Below are positions 54,598 through 63,467 of a stretch of 64,000 nt of DNA, piece by piece; the first letter of the stretch is position 1; the number at the start of each line of letters is the position of its first letter. The notes beneath the pieces are model-generated. The model was not told the origin of the DNA and did not search any database. It saw only the letters and a program-made list of their open reading frames with translations. The position numbers and the translations under genes are program-made. Source of the DNA: Methanobacteriota archaeon. Its GTDB lineage: Archaea; Thermoplasmatota; E2; DHVEG-1. The stretch spans positions 96,001 through 160,000 of the forward strand of contig CAVYNH010000005.1 in the NCBI GenBank assembly GCA_963769885.1. The letters run 5' to 3'.

Positions 54598-57500
54598 ATG
54601 TCGGACGATTTTCATACAGAAGCCAAGGAAAAACCGACCACCGGCCAGGACACCGCGCACTTCATCCTCAACAGCCGTGGCGAACTCCTCGACGCCAGCG
54701 ACGCCTTCTGCCGCCTGGCCGGCAGACGCCGCGATGCCCTCATCGGCACCACCCTGGAAGACGCTGGACTTCTCACCGACATCTCCGCCAAGGCGCTCCG
54801 CCGCCGCCACGTCTCTGTTCTCATCGGCAAAGCACCTCACACCTACACCCTCGAAGTCCGCGCCAAAGACGGCGGCATCTCCCTCCTCCACATCGACTCC
54901 ATCCCCTACCTCAAAGACGGCAGACTCATCGGCGAGCTCGCCACCGTCCACAGCATCACCCCCCAACCCCCATCCACCGACCAACCACTCACGACCATGA
55001 CGACTGAGCCGCGCCCAGGCACCGACCCCACCGCGATCCTCCAAGACCGCCTCGAAGACCAACACCACAAACTCCACCAGACCCAACAGAAACTCCGCAA
55101 GGCACTTCTCGACCTCGAAACCAAGACCTCACACATCCAAGGGCTCCAAGACGAGCTCGACGACACCGAACAGCAGCTCCGCCAACGCCTCCACGACCTC
55201 GACGACGCCACCAAACAACTCAGACAACGCCAATTCCTCCTCGACCAAAAAGATCAAGAACTCACCCGCCTCCGCGACGACCTCACCGCCGAGACCAGCC
55301 AACACCAAACCAAGAACATGGAACTTGAACACCTCAACGCCAGGCTTCAAGACGCCCTCACCACCGCCGAAAACCTCGGCGAAGACCTCACAGAGGCCCA
55401 GCGACTCCTCCTCCAGAAGACCCATGACGCCGACCAAAAGGCCGCCGAGATCAAAAACCTCACCGGCCTCCTCGAGGACACCCGTCAGACCCTCGCCGCC
55501 CTCCAAGCCGAGCAAGAAGGCATCATCGAAACAAACCAGGCGCTCACCAGCCAACTGACTCAAACTCGGCAGGACGCCGAGACCACCGCTGACACGCTCC
55601 GGCAGACCCAACAGCAGCTCCAAACCAAAGACCAAGACCTCGCCGCCGTCCAGGCCGCGCTCCACGCTAAAACCCAAGCACTCGCCGAGCAAACCATCCA
55701 CTTCACCGAACTCCAAGAAGCCGTCCGAAGCCTCCAGGAGACCATCGCCGAACTCCGTCAAGCCCACACCGACAACGAAACCGCCCTCGCCGGCCTCACC
55801 CAACGCCTCACCGAAAAAGACCAAGTCCTCCAACAAGCAGCCCAGGACCTCGACCGCACCCACGCCGAAACCCACACCCTCCTCGGCAAACTCGACAGCA
55901 GAGAAAAATACATCAGCTACCAAAACAACCAGCTTGACCGCTACGTCCACCAACAAAACATACTCACACAACAACTCAACGACCTCACTGCAGCCCTAGA
56001 AAAACAGACCGCGGACCACCACGCCACTGTCCTCGCCCTCGACCACAGCCACGATGAAACCGATCTTCGCACCGCCGAGATCCGCCGACTGTCCCGCCTC
56101 CTCGCCGACGCCCGACGCCACGCCGACGCCATCACCATCGATCTCGCCGACACCAAGACCCACGCCCTCGAAACCACGGCACAGCTCCAAGACCGACTCA
56201 CCGAACTCCACGCCCTCCAAACACAGCACCACGACCAGGAGGACGCCATCACCCGCCTCCGAAGTCAGATCACCGAACGGAACACCATCATCCAACAACT
56301 CACCGACCAGGTTGAAAACCTTCACCAGGCCGCGGCAGCCGCCGCCCACGACCACGACAGCCTCGCCACCGCCCTCACCGACACGAAAGACGAGACCAAC
56401 CGCCTCCAGGACGCCCTCACCCAAAAAGAAGGCGACCTCCGAGACAAAGACGCTGAAATCACCGACCTGCGGACAGCGCTGCGGACCGCAGAACACCACC
56501 TCAAGACCATTACCCAGACCGCCACCTGCCTTGAACAAGAACTCCAGAAAAAAGACGCAGTCCTCGAACAAAAAACCGACCTCATCAACACCCTCCAATC
56601 CGACCTCGAAGACCAACACCGAGACCTCCAAGAACACCTTCGCCATGCAACCCACCTCCACACTGAGTTCACCGATACCCAACACCTCCTCGCCGACCTC
56701 CAAAAAGAGATAGCCGAAACCACCGCCGTCAGCGCACTCCTCCAAGAGCAACTCACCGCCACAACTGAGGACCGTGACCACCACGCCCAACTCCTCACTC
56801 AGACTACCCAAGACCTCCAAACCCGAACCCACCTCCTCGACACACAGACTGAGGAACTCACCCGCCTCAAGGCCGACCTCGCCAAATACACCCAAGACCT
56901 CGACCACAGCCATCAACGCATCATCGAACTCGAAACCGAGCTTGAAGAAAAAACGACGGCCCTCGACGACACCACCCGACTCCTCACCCAAGCCACACAA
57001 GAAGCCCAGGCACGCACCCAAGAGGTCAGCGAACTCACCGCCGGCCTCAACGCCCGCAACCGCGAACTCGACCAACAACTCCAACTCATCGCCACCTTCA
57101 AACAAGAATCATTCGATAACCACCTCAGCCTCACCGGACTCAACGAAGAACTCGCCGCCCGCCAGCACGAGCTCCAAACACAGACCGCAGCCCTCACCCA
57201 ACTCCAAGAAACACTCACCGCACTCCAGAAAGACAACGCAGACCACACCGCCCTCATCGCCATCCTCAAAACCGAACAAGCCACCAAACAAGCCCTCCTC
57301 GAACAACAGACCGAGGCCCTCACCAGACAACGCCACGAGCTCACCCACCTCCACGACAACCTCGACGCTCAAAAACACCTCCGAGAAGAAACAGACCAAA
57401 GACTCCACGAGACCCTCACCCAACTCCAAACCCACAAAGACCACATCTCCAAACTCTCCACTGAGCTTCTCGCCAAAAACCAACAACTCCAAACCATCGA

Positions 57501-60500
57501 ACAGACCCTCCAGCAGCACCAACACGACCTCCAAGAAAAAACACAGCTCATCCAACACACCCACCACCAACTCGCAGACCTCGAAAAAGAACTCCACAGC
57601 CACCACCAAGAAATCAACGACCTCCACCACTCCCTTGACGAACGCAACCAAATCATCGCCGACCTCACCGGCCAACTCACCGACACCCAAAGCAGCCTGC
57701 TCCAAGAGGCCAAGGCCGCCGACACTCTCAACGACAACCTCACCAACACCAGAACCCTCCTCACCCAGACCCAAGCAGAGCTGGAAACTAGCCACCACCA
57801 GCTTCACCAGGCCAAGAGCGACTGTGAACGCCTCACCGAACAGCACACCGCCCTCACCGCCGAACTCCAACGAATCACCACAGAGCTCGCCGCGCAACAC
57901 CTGGCATCCCAAAAACAAAAAACCGAACTCAAAGACCTTCAAACCGAGATCCACACCCGAGACTTCCTGATCTCCGACCTCACTCATCAACTCACCAAAG
58001 AACAGACCACAATCACCCAAAAAACCCAAGAAAACCAGACGTTAACCGAGGAGCTCGCCCGCACATCCGAACTCCTCCTCCAAGGTCAAGAATCCCTCAC
58101 CGCCAAACAAAATGAACTAACAGAGGCCACGCAGACACTCGACGAGCTCACCACCACCATCCAATCACTTAAAGAAGAGATAGAAACCCGGGACATCATC
58201 ATCAGCGACCTCACCCAACAGGCCAGTGAAGAACAATCAAAACTCGTCACCACCGCAACCCAGATCGAAGACCTCACCAGAGAACTTACCGAAACCCAAG
58301 ACAGGCTACACGGCAGCCAAACCGCAGGCCTTGCACAGGAAGCCGAGCTCACCCGACTTAAGGAAGAACTCCACGACCGCCTCCAGGACCTCGCCTACCG
58401 CAACAACGATCTCAACGACCATAAGGCTCGAATCAACCAGCTCAGCACACAAATCGAGACCCAAGCCCAGGCCCTCCAGCAGGATCAAGCAGAACTCGCA
58501 CGCCTGAACCAACTCAACCGCCAACAAGCTCTCGACCTCAAACAGGCGCGCGAGGAGACTGAAAAACAATGGATGGAATTAGTCCTCAAGAACATCGACA
58601 TCCAGGATAAAAGCGAACTTATCACCGAACTCAACGAAAAAATCACCCAAGACCAACAGATCATCACTATAGCAGAGAGCGACTTCCAGACCAAGACCAC
58701 GCATCTCTCAAGCCAAATCCAGGACCTCCAGAGTACACTGCAAAACACCCGGACCATGCTCGAACAATCCACCGACGAAATCCAAAGCCTCAACCAAGAG
58801 ATCATCGGAAAGGACCGGCTCCTCCAAGACCTCAGCCGACAACTCAGCGACGAACAGACCTCCCTCATCGAGACTGTCTCAAAAAAACACCAGCTCGAAT
58901 CGGAAGTCGAGGTACAACGACAGCACAATGAGACGCTGCAGGGAACGCTCCGTGACAAAGAACAACACCTCCACCAAATCGAGGAGGCTCTCAAGTCCAG
59001 CGAGCTTCAACTCACGGACCTACAACGGGAACTCACGGGTAAAACTCGAGACCTCGAGATCGCCACAACCGAGTTGACCGCCAGGGAGGACCATCTCGAG
59101 AAACTGCAAGCCTCCCATACTTCACTTCTCCAAGATGACGAGAGACTGAAAAAGCAACTCGAGGACCTCACACTGGAGAAGCAGAACCTGCGATCATTGC
59201 TCGACAGCATCGAACAAGGAAGCGCCTCCTCCATCATCATGACCGATGCCAAAGGCATCATCACCTCGTGGAACCCGCGCGCCGAGCAGCTGTTCAACAT
59301 GCCCGTCACCTCCGCAATCGGACGACAGCTTACAGACCTTCCATTCCTCAAAGACGCCCTCTCAAATACCGTGAACATCCTCACAAAGACCTCTGAACAT
59401 TCGATCATCATCAAGAACCAGCGGAACGAGGAGCTCCTCACGGATATCTCACGGATTCCTCTGCTCAACGACGTCGGAGAAGGTTATGGGTCTCTCATCA
59501 TCATCGATGATGTTACACCGATGGCTGGGTTGCATGCAGAACTCTGTAAAAACAAGGCGGATCTTGAGGCGCTCAGCAATCGCTATCAACAATCCTTCAG
59601 AAAAATGGCGATTGCCGAGAAGGAGCTACAGGAGAACGAAACCGAGTTGCGTGTTAAAAAGCAGGCTCTTGCTGAACAAGCCCAGGAGATTTCGGGGCTT
59701 CAGAAGGAACTCGAGCGTCATTTTGAGGTGGTGAAAACCAAGAATTCGCAGTTGGAGCAAGTGGTTAGAACCCTTCAAGAACGAGACTCGGAACTCGATG
59801 AGTTGCGTCAGAAGACCACCAATGGCCAAGACGAGCTCCTGCATGCCAAGAACCTTATTGCGAATCTGGAAAACGAGCATCATCGAACGGTCGATGAGCT
59901 GCATGATGTTTCGACAAAGTTGAAGGAAGCACAAAAGGAAATCATAAGATCCGAGGATCTATGCCAGAGGTTCCAGGCGCACCTCCTCAAGCAACAATGC
60001 GAGGTGAGCCAAAAGGAGCTTGAGATTAAGACCCTGGGGGATAGCGCTGAGAATCGGACGAGGGAACTGGAGATTGTCACGAAGCGGCTTGAGGACAGCA
60101 CGCTGCAGCTGTCGGCCTCTACAATCAGGATTGAGAGAGCGGAGAAGGATTTGAAGAAACGAGAGGAGGAAGCATTGCTTCTCCGCCAGCAGGTAAAAGA
60201 AAGGCAGACCGTACTTCTCAGGGTCACTGATGAGAGAGACAACATCGTGCAACAATGTGAAACCCTGAAGACCGACCTTGTTTCTGCTCGGAAGGACATG
60301 GAGGAGCTCTCGAGTGAATTAAAGGCGAATAAGGCATCGGTGCTTTGGTTCAAGACGGAACTTGAGGGGACGAAGGAAACCTTGCGGCTCAAGGAGAACG
60401 ATGTGCATGTGAGACTTGCAGAAGCGGAGGATCTGCGAAAACAAATCGGTGAGCTTAAGATTGCTCTTCTTGAAAGGAACCATGACGTAGAACACGTACG

Positions 60501-61575
60501 GGAGGAGGTCGAGGGCCGGCAACAGCAGATAGGCATCCAGGAGCAGATTGTGCAGGAGTTAAAGAAACAGCTTGCGGCACGGCAGGTCCAGGTGAAGCAA
60601 CGAGAGGATGAGCTGTGGCAAAAGACCCAGCTCATCGAGAATTTAAAAGGCGAGCTTGAACGTTATCAGCAGCGAATCTCGGACCTTGAGAGTTCCTCGC
60701 TGGAGCAGGAAAAGGAGGCGGCGCAACGCAGCTCGGTGCCGGCGCTGAAGACCCAGGAGATCAGCGTTTTACAGGAAGAACTGGAGAAAATCACCGAGAA
60801 GCTCCGGGAAAGGGACGGGGAAATGCTCGAGGTTCGGAAACAGTTGGAGGCTGCTCGCTTGGAGGCAAACAAGAGGAAACTGGAGGTTGAGGATCTCAGC
60901 CTCAAGTGCCGTCTAATTCAAAACGAGATTCCTTCATCTGTGATCATGGTGGATGAGAAGAATCAGATCGCAGCGTGGAACAAGAGGGCGGAGATGCTGT
61001 TGGGTGTGGAGGCGAAGAAGGCGATTGGTTGCGACTTGTTCAATTTGTCGTTCATGGAGCGGGAGCGGCTGCGGGAGGGCTACGCCCAGAGTGTCTCGAA
61101 CCGAAGGGATGTGACAATCAAGGCGATCATCTTTCCCTCGTCGAATGAGGAGAAGGCCTTGGTGGATGTCACCATCCATCCGGTATTTGGTGAGGCAGGA
61201 AATCCTATGGGTGCACTATTGGTCATGGATGATGTGACGAGCCGGGTGGCGGTCGAGGCGGAGCTTCATCGGAAGGAGGCTGAGGTCGGTGAGTTGAATC
61301 AGCGGTTGGCGGATTCGTTTAAGAAGAATGTGTTGTCGGCGTTGGAGGGGGATGCGTCGAAGCGTCAGGCGGTGGGTGAGGTGGCGCGGCCGGCGTTCGA
61401 GGATCGGACGGTGATTGCGGGGGATTTGTCGGTGGTGGCGTCGCGGCGGCCGGCTGAGGAGGGGCCGGTGGATGAAGCGTGGCAGGAGCGTGTGCGGGTG
61501 TGCGGGGAGATCGAGCGTCGGTTGGATGAGGCGGGGGTGGTGAAGGTGAAGAAGGAAAAGGAGGAGGGGAAGTAG
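54598..61575 (+). CDS. Giant (2325 aa) coiled-coil protein with three PAS domains
   Basis: PAS motifs at about aa 20-120 (ILNSRGELLDAS), 1535-1640 (IMTDAKGIITSWN...DDVT) and 2105-2215 (IMVDEKNQIAAWN...DDVT), with heptad-rich sequence between them. Confidence 0.88.
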   Translation: MSDDFHTEAKEKPTTGQDTAHFILNSRGELLDASDAFCRLAGRRRDALIGTTLEDAGLLTDISAKALRRRHVSVLIGKAPHTYTLEVRAKDGGISLLHIDSIPYLKDGRLIGELATVHSITPQPPSTDQPLTTMTTEPRPGTDPTAILQDRLEDQHHKLHQTQQKLRKALLDLETKTSHIQGLQDELDDTEQQLRQRLHDLDDATKQLRQRQFLLDQKDQELTRLRDDLTAETSQHQTKNMELEHLNARLQDALTTAENLGEDLTEAQRLLLQKTHDADQKAAEIKNLTGLLEDTRQTLAALQAEQEGIIETNQALTSQLTQTRQDAETTADTLRQTQQQLQTKDQDLAAVQAALHAKTQALAEQTIHFTELQEAVRSLQETIAELRQAHTDNETALAGLTQRLTEKDQVLQQAAQDLDRTHAETHTLLGKLDSREKYISYQNNQLDRYVHQQNILTQQLNDLTAALEKQTADHHATVLALDHSHDETDLRTAEIRRLSRLLADARRHADAITIDLADTKTHALETTAQLQDRLTELHALQTQHHDQEDAITRLRSQITERNTIIQQLTDQVENLHQAAAAAAHDHDSLATALTDTKDETNRLQDALTQKEGDLRDKDAEITDLRTALRTAEHHLKTITQTATCLEQELQKKDAVLEQKTDLINTLQSDLEDQHRDLQEHLRHATHLHTEFTDTQHLLADLQKEIAETTAVSALLQEQLTATTEDRDHHAQLLTQTTQDLQTRTHLLDTQTEELTRLKADLAKYTQDLDHSHQRIIELETELEEKTTALDDTTRLLTQATQEAQARTQEVSELTAGLNARNRELDQQLQLIATFKQESFDNHLSLTGLNEELAARQHELQTQTAALTQLQETLTALQKDNADHTALIAILKTEQATKQALLEQQTEALTRQRHELTHLHDNLDAQKHLREETDQRLHETLTQLQTHKDHISKLSTELLAKNQQLQTIEQTLQQHQHDLQEKTQLIQHTHHQLADLEKELHSHHQEINDLHHSLDERNQIIADLTGQLTDTQSSLLQEAKAADTLNDNLTNTRTLLTQTQAELETSHHQLHQAKSDCERLTEQHTALTAELQRITTELAAQHLASQKQKTELKDLQTEIHTRDFLISDLTHQLTKEQTTITQKTQENQTLTEELARTSELLLQGQESLTAKQNELTEATQTLDELTTTIQSLKEEIETRDIIISDLTQQASEEQSKLVTTATQIEDLTRELTETQDRLHGSQTAGLAQEAELTRLKEELHDRLQDLAYRNNDLNDHKARINQLSTQIETQAQALQQDQAELARLNQLNRQQALDLKQAREETEKQWMELVLKNIDIQDKSELITELNEKITQDQQIITIAESDFQTKTTHLSSQIQDLQSTLQNTRTMLEQSTDEIQSLNQEIIGKDRLLQDLSRQLSDEQTSLIETVSKKHQLESEVEVQRQHNETLQGTLRDKEQHLHQIEEALKSSELQLTDLQRELTGKTRDLEIATTELTAREDHLEKLQASHTSLLQDDERLKKQLEDLTLEKQNLRSLLDSIEQGSASSIIMTDAKGIITSWNPRAEQLFNMPVTSAIGRQLTDLPFLKDALSNTVNILTKTSEHSIIIKNQRNEELLTDISRIPLLNDVGEGYGSLIIIDDVTPMAGLHAELCKNKADLEALSNRYQQSFRKMAIAEKELQENETELRVKKQALAEQAQEISGLQKELERHFEVVKTKNSQLEQVVRTLQERDSELDELRQKTTNGQDELLHAKNLIANLENEHHRTVDELHDVSTKLKEAQKEIIRSEDLCQRFQAHLLKQQCEVSQKELEIKTLGDSAENRTRELEIVTKRLEDSTLQLSASTIRIERAEKDLKKREEEALLLRQQVKERQTVLLRVTDERDNIVQQCETLKTDLVSARKDMEELSSELKANKASVLWFKTELEGTKETLRLKENDVHVRLAEAEDLRKQIGELKIALLERNHDVEHVREEVEGRQQQIGIQEQIVQELKKQLAARQVQVKQREDELWQKTQLIENLKGELERYQQRISDLESSSLEQEKEAAQRSSVPALKTQEISVLQEELEKITEKLRERDGEMLEVRKQLEAARLEANKRKLEVEDLSLKCRLIQNEIPSSVIMVDEKNQIAAWNKRAEMLLGVEAKKAIGCDLFNLSFMERERLREGYAQSVSNRRDVTIKAIIFPSSNEEKALVDVTIHPVFGEAGNPMGALLVMDDVTSRVAVEAELHRKEAEVGELNQRLADSFKKNVLSALEGDASKRQAVGEVARPAFEDRTVIAGDLSVVASRRPAEEGPVDEAWQERVRVCGEIERRLDEAGVVKVKKEKEEGK

Positions 61576-61584
61576 GGGCTGGGT

Positions 61585-62196
61585 TTAAGGGTAGAGGGTG
61601 ACGAGGCTGTTGGTGGTGTAGGGGACGTCGAAGGTGAAGGTTTGTTGTTGTCCGGGGGTGGGGGTGATGGTGAGTTGGAGGGTGTCGTAGGGTCGTAGGT
61701 AGGTTTGTTCTGGGAGTTTGACGAGGAGGAAGCCGGCGTCTGTGTTTTTGTTGAGGGTGTGAGCGGCGAGGGCGGAGCCGTCGTCGTCCGTGATCATTTG
61801 GATGGTGAATGACCCAGGTTTGAATTGGTCCCAGGCGGGGTTGTGGAAGAGGGCATTGGTGGGCTCGTCTTTGGGGACGTCTCGGTAGGGGAGGATGAAG
61901 GCGTCGTCGGGGAGGGTGAGTTGGAGTTGTATTTTGGTGAGGTCGATGGTGCCGGTGATGAGGGGGCGGATGTGGATGGCGAGGCGTTGGATGCCGTTTG
62001 GGGTGTCGTATTTGCCGATGATTTGGTCGATTTTGAGGTAGGTGGTGAGGTCGTTGGTGATGTCGGTGACGGCTTGGTCGAGGGCGTTGTTGGCAGTGGT
62101 TTGGTTCTTGATGAAGATGGAGCCGGCGGTGGCGCCGATGGCGATGACGGAGGTGATGAGGACGATGGGGAGGAGGCCGAGGGTTGCGTCTGACAT
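61585..62196 (-). CDS. Divergent archaellin-like protein
   Basis: N-terminal hydrophobic helix, ITNDLTTYLKIDQIIG, LAIHIRP, IDLTK, DDDGS. These align by eye with the adjacent archaellin. Confidence 0.7.
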   Translation of the reverse strand: MSDATLGLLPIVLITSVIAIGATAGSIFIKNQTTANNALDQAVTDITNDLTTYLKIDQIIGKYDTPNGIQRLAIHIRPLITGTIDLTKIQLQLTLPDDAFILPYRDVPKDEPTNALFHNPAWDQFKPGSFTIQMITDDDGSALAAHTLNKNTDAGFLLVKLPEQTYLRPYDTLQLTITPTPGQQQTFTFDVPYTTNSLVTLYP

Positions 62197-62421
62197 AGGT
62201 GCTCTGGGTGTTGGGGTTGGCGGGCGGCTTTATATGTCTTATTGAACAGTTGGTACCGAGGGTAGGGGGCTTCTCCTGGTTTTTCAGTGGTTTCGGTTTT
62301 TTTTGGTTTTGGGATTTTTCCGCCATACGATTAAATAATTGGCCGTGTGAAACATTTCCACGATAGTCCTTGTCCTGGCATCAGGTCGCAAGGATAACGA
62401 AAGAACAGAAGGTGAAAGGAA

Positions 62422-63279
62422 ATGGAAAAACGGTATATGGAAAGGCTGGTAGGCAGGTACTGTAAAATCGTGACCAAGGAACCTGGCGAAGACCGCGCCA
62501 GTGTCGTCACAGGTGTTCTCGAAGATGTTGACTACAAAGACGGGTTCCTCATAATCGATTCCTCCCAGGGCCTCGGTTGCCTGCGCATGGACACGGTGAT
62601 TGCCATTAAACCAGGAACCAAGCGCCAACCCGAGAGGAAGCCCCTGAAAAAAAATGCCCAGGCCGAGGTCGGTATCGGCACCCTCATTGTGTTCATCGCA
62701 TTAGTCCTCGTCGCAGCGATAGCGGCAAGCGTCATCATGCAGACTGCTGAGACCCTGCAGCAGCGGGCCTATGCAGTCGGTAAACAAACCATCCGTGATG
62801 TATCCAGCGGTATTCGAATTATTGGTGTCACTGGATACACAGACGTCAACAAGACCAAGGTTGATTACCTTGCCCTCGCAATCACTCCCCGCGCTGGATC
62901 GTACGATATCGATCTGAACAAGACTCTCCTCTATCTCCAACTCGACAATTTTACTATCCTAAGCCTGAACCCGAATGCCAAAGCAGGCACGGTCGCGCAA
63001 GGCGGGGTGTTCTCGACCCTCAACCTCTCCCAACTGAACGCCACGAACTATGGGCTCATCTCTATTCATGACTCCGATAATTCAATTATGAATAGCAACG
63101 GTATTAGCACTTCGGATCAGGCAATGCTCATTGTGAACCTCACGGCGGCCCTCCCGATGACTCAGGGTCTGAGAGCAGGGGACACCCTGGAAGGTAAAAT
63201 CGTCCCCGAAGTGGGGGTTAGCGGTATCTTTGTAGTTAACGCGCCCAATGCCTTTAAATACCGCGTGGTCGAGGTTTAA
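62422..63279 (+). CDS. arlB: Archaellin (FlaB/ArlB) with 81-residue N-terminal leader
   Basis: QA|EVGIGTLIVFIALVLVAAIAASVI, VSSGI, PRAGS.DIDL. GAAGGTGA RBS before the ATG. Confidence 0.93.
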   Translation: MEKRYMERLVGRYCKIVTKEPGEDRASVVTGVLEDVDYKDGFLIIDSSQGLGCLRMDTVIAIKPGTKRQPERKPLKKNAQAEVGIGTLIVFIALVLVAAIAASVIMQTAETLQQRAYAVGKQTIRDVSSGIRIIGVTGYTDVNKTKVDYLALAITPRAGSYDIDLNKTLLYLQLDNFTILSLNPNAKAGTVAQGGVFSTLNLSQLNATNYGLISIHDSDNSIMNSNGISTSDQAMLIVNLTAALPMTQGLRAGDTLEGKIVPEVGVSGIFVVNAPNAFKYRVVEV

Positions 63280-63467
63280 GGAAGAACTCATACGACAAGA
63301 GGCGGAATTTCGCCTCCCCTTCTCTTTCTTTTTTTCTCCAGAAAAGCATCCTCTCAATTTGACAGAATGCCGTTTTGCTGTTCAACCCGAGCATCTATAA
63401 ATACATTCACCAGCGAACCATACTTGCTACATGCTGGCAAACAGCATGGGAACGAAGGTGAACGAAA

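Noticed and set aside
54598-61575. SMC/Rad50, chemoreceptor or histidine kinase identity for the giant protein
   Set aside because: No Walker A/B, signature, hinge or CxxC hook, MCP hairpin, H-box or HATPase motifs are visible.
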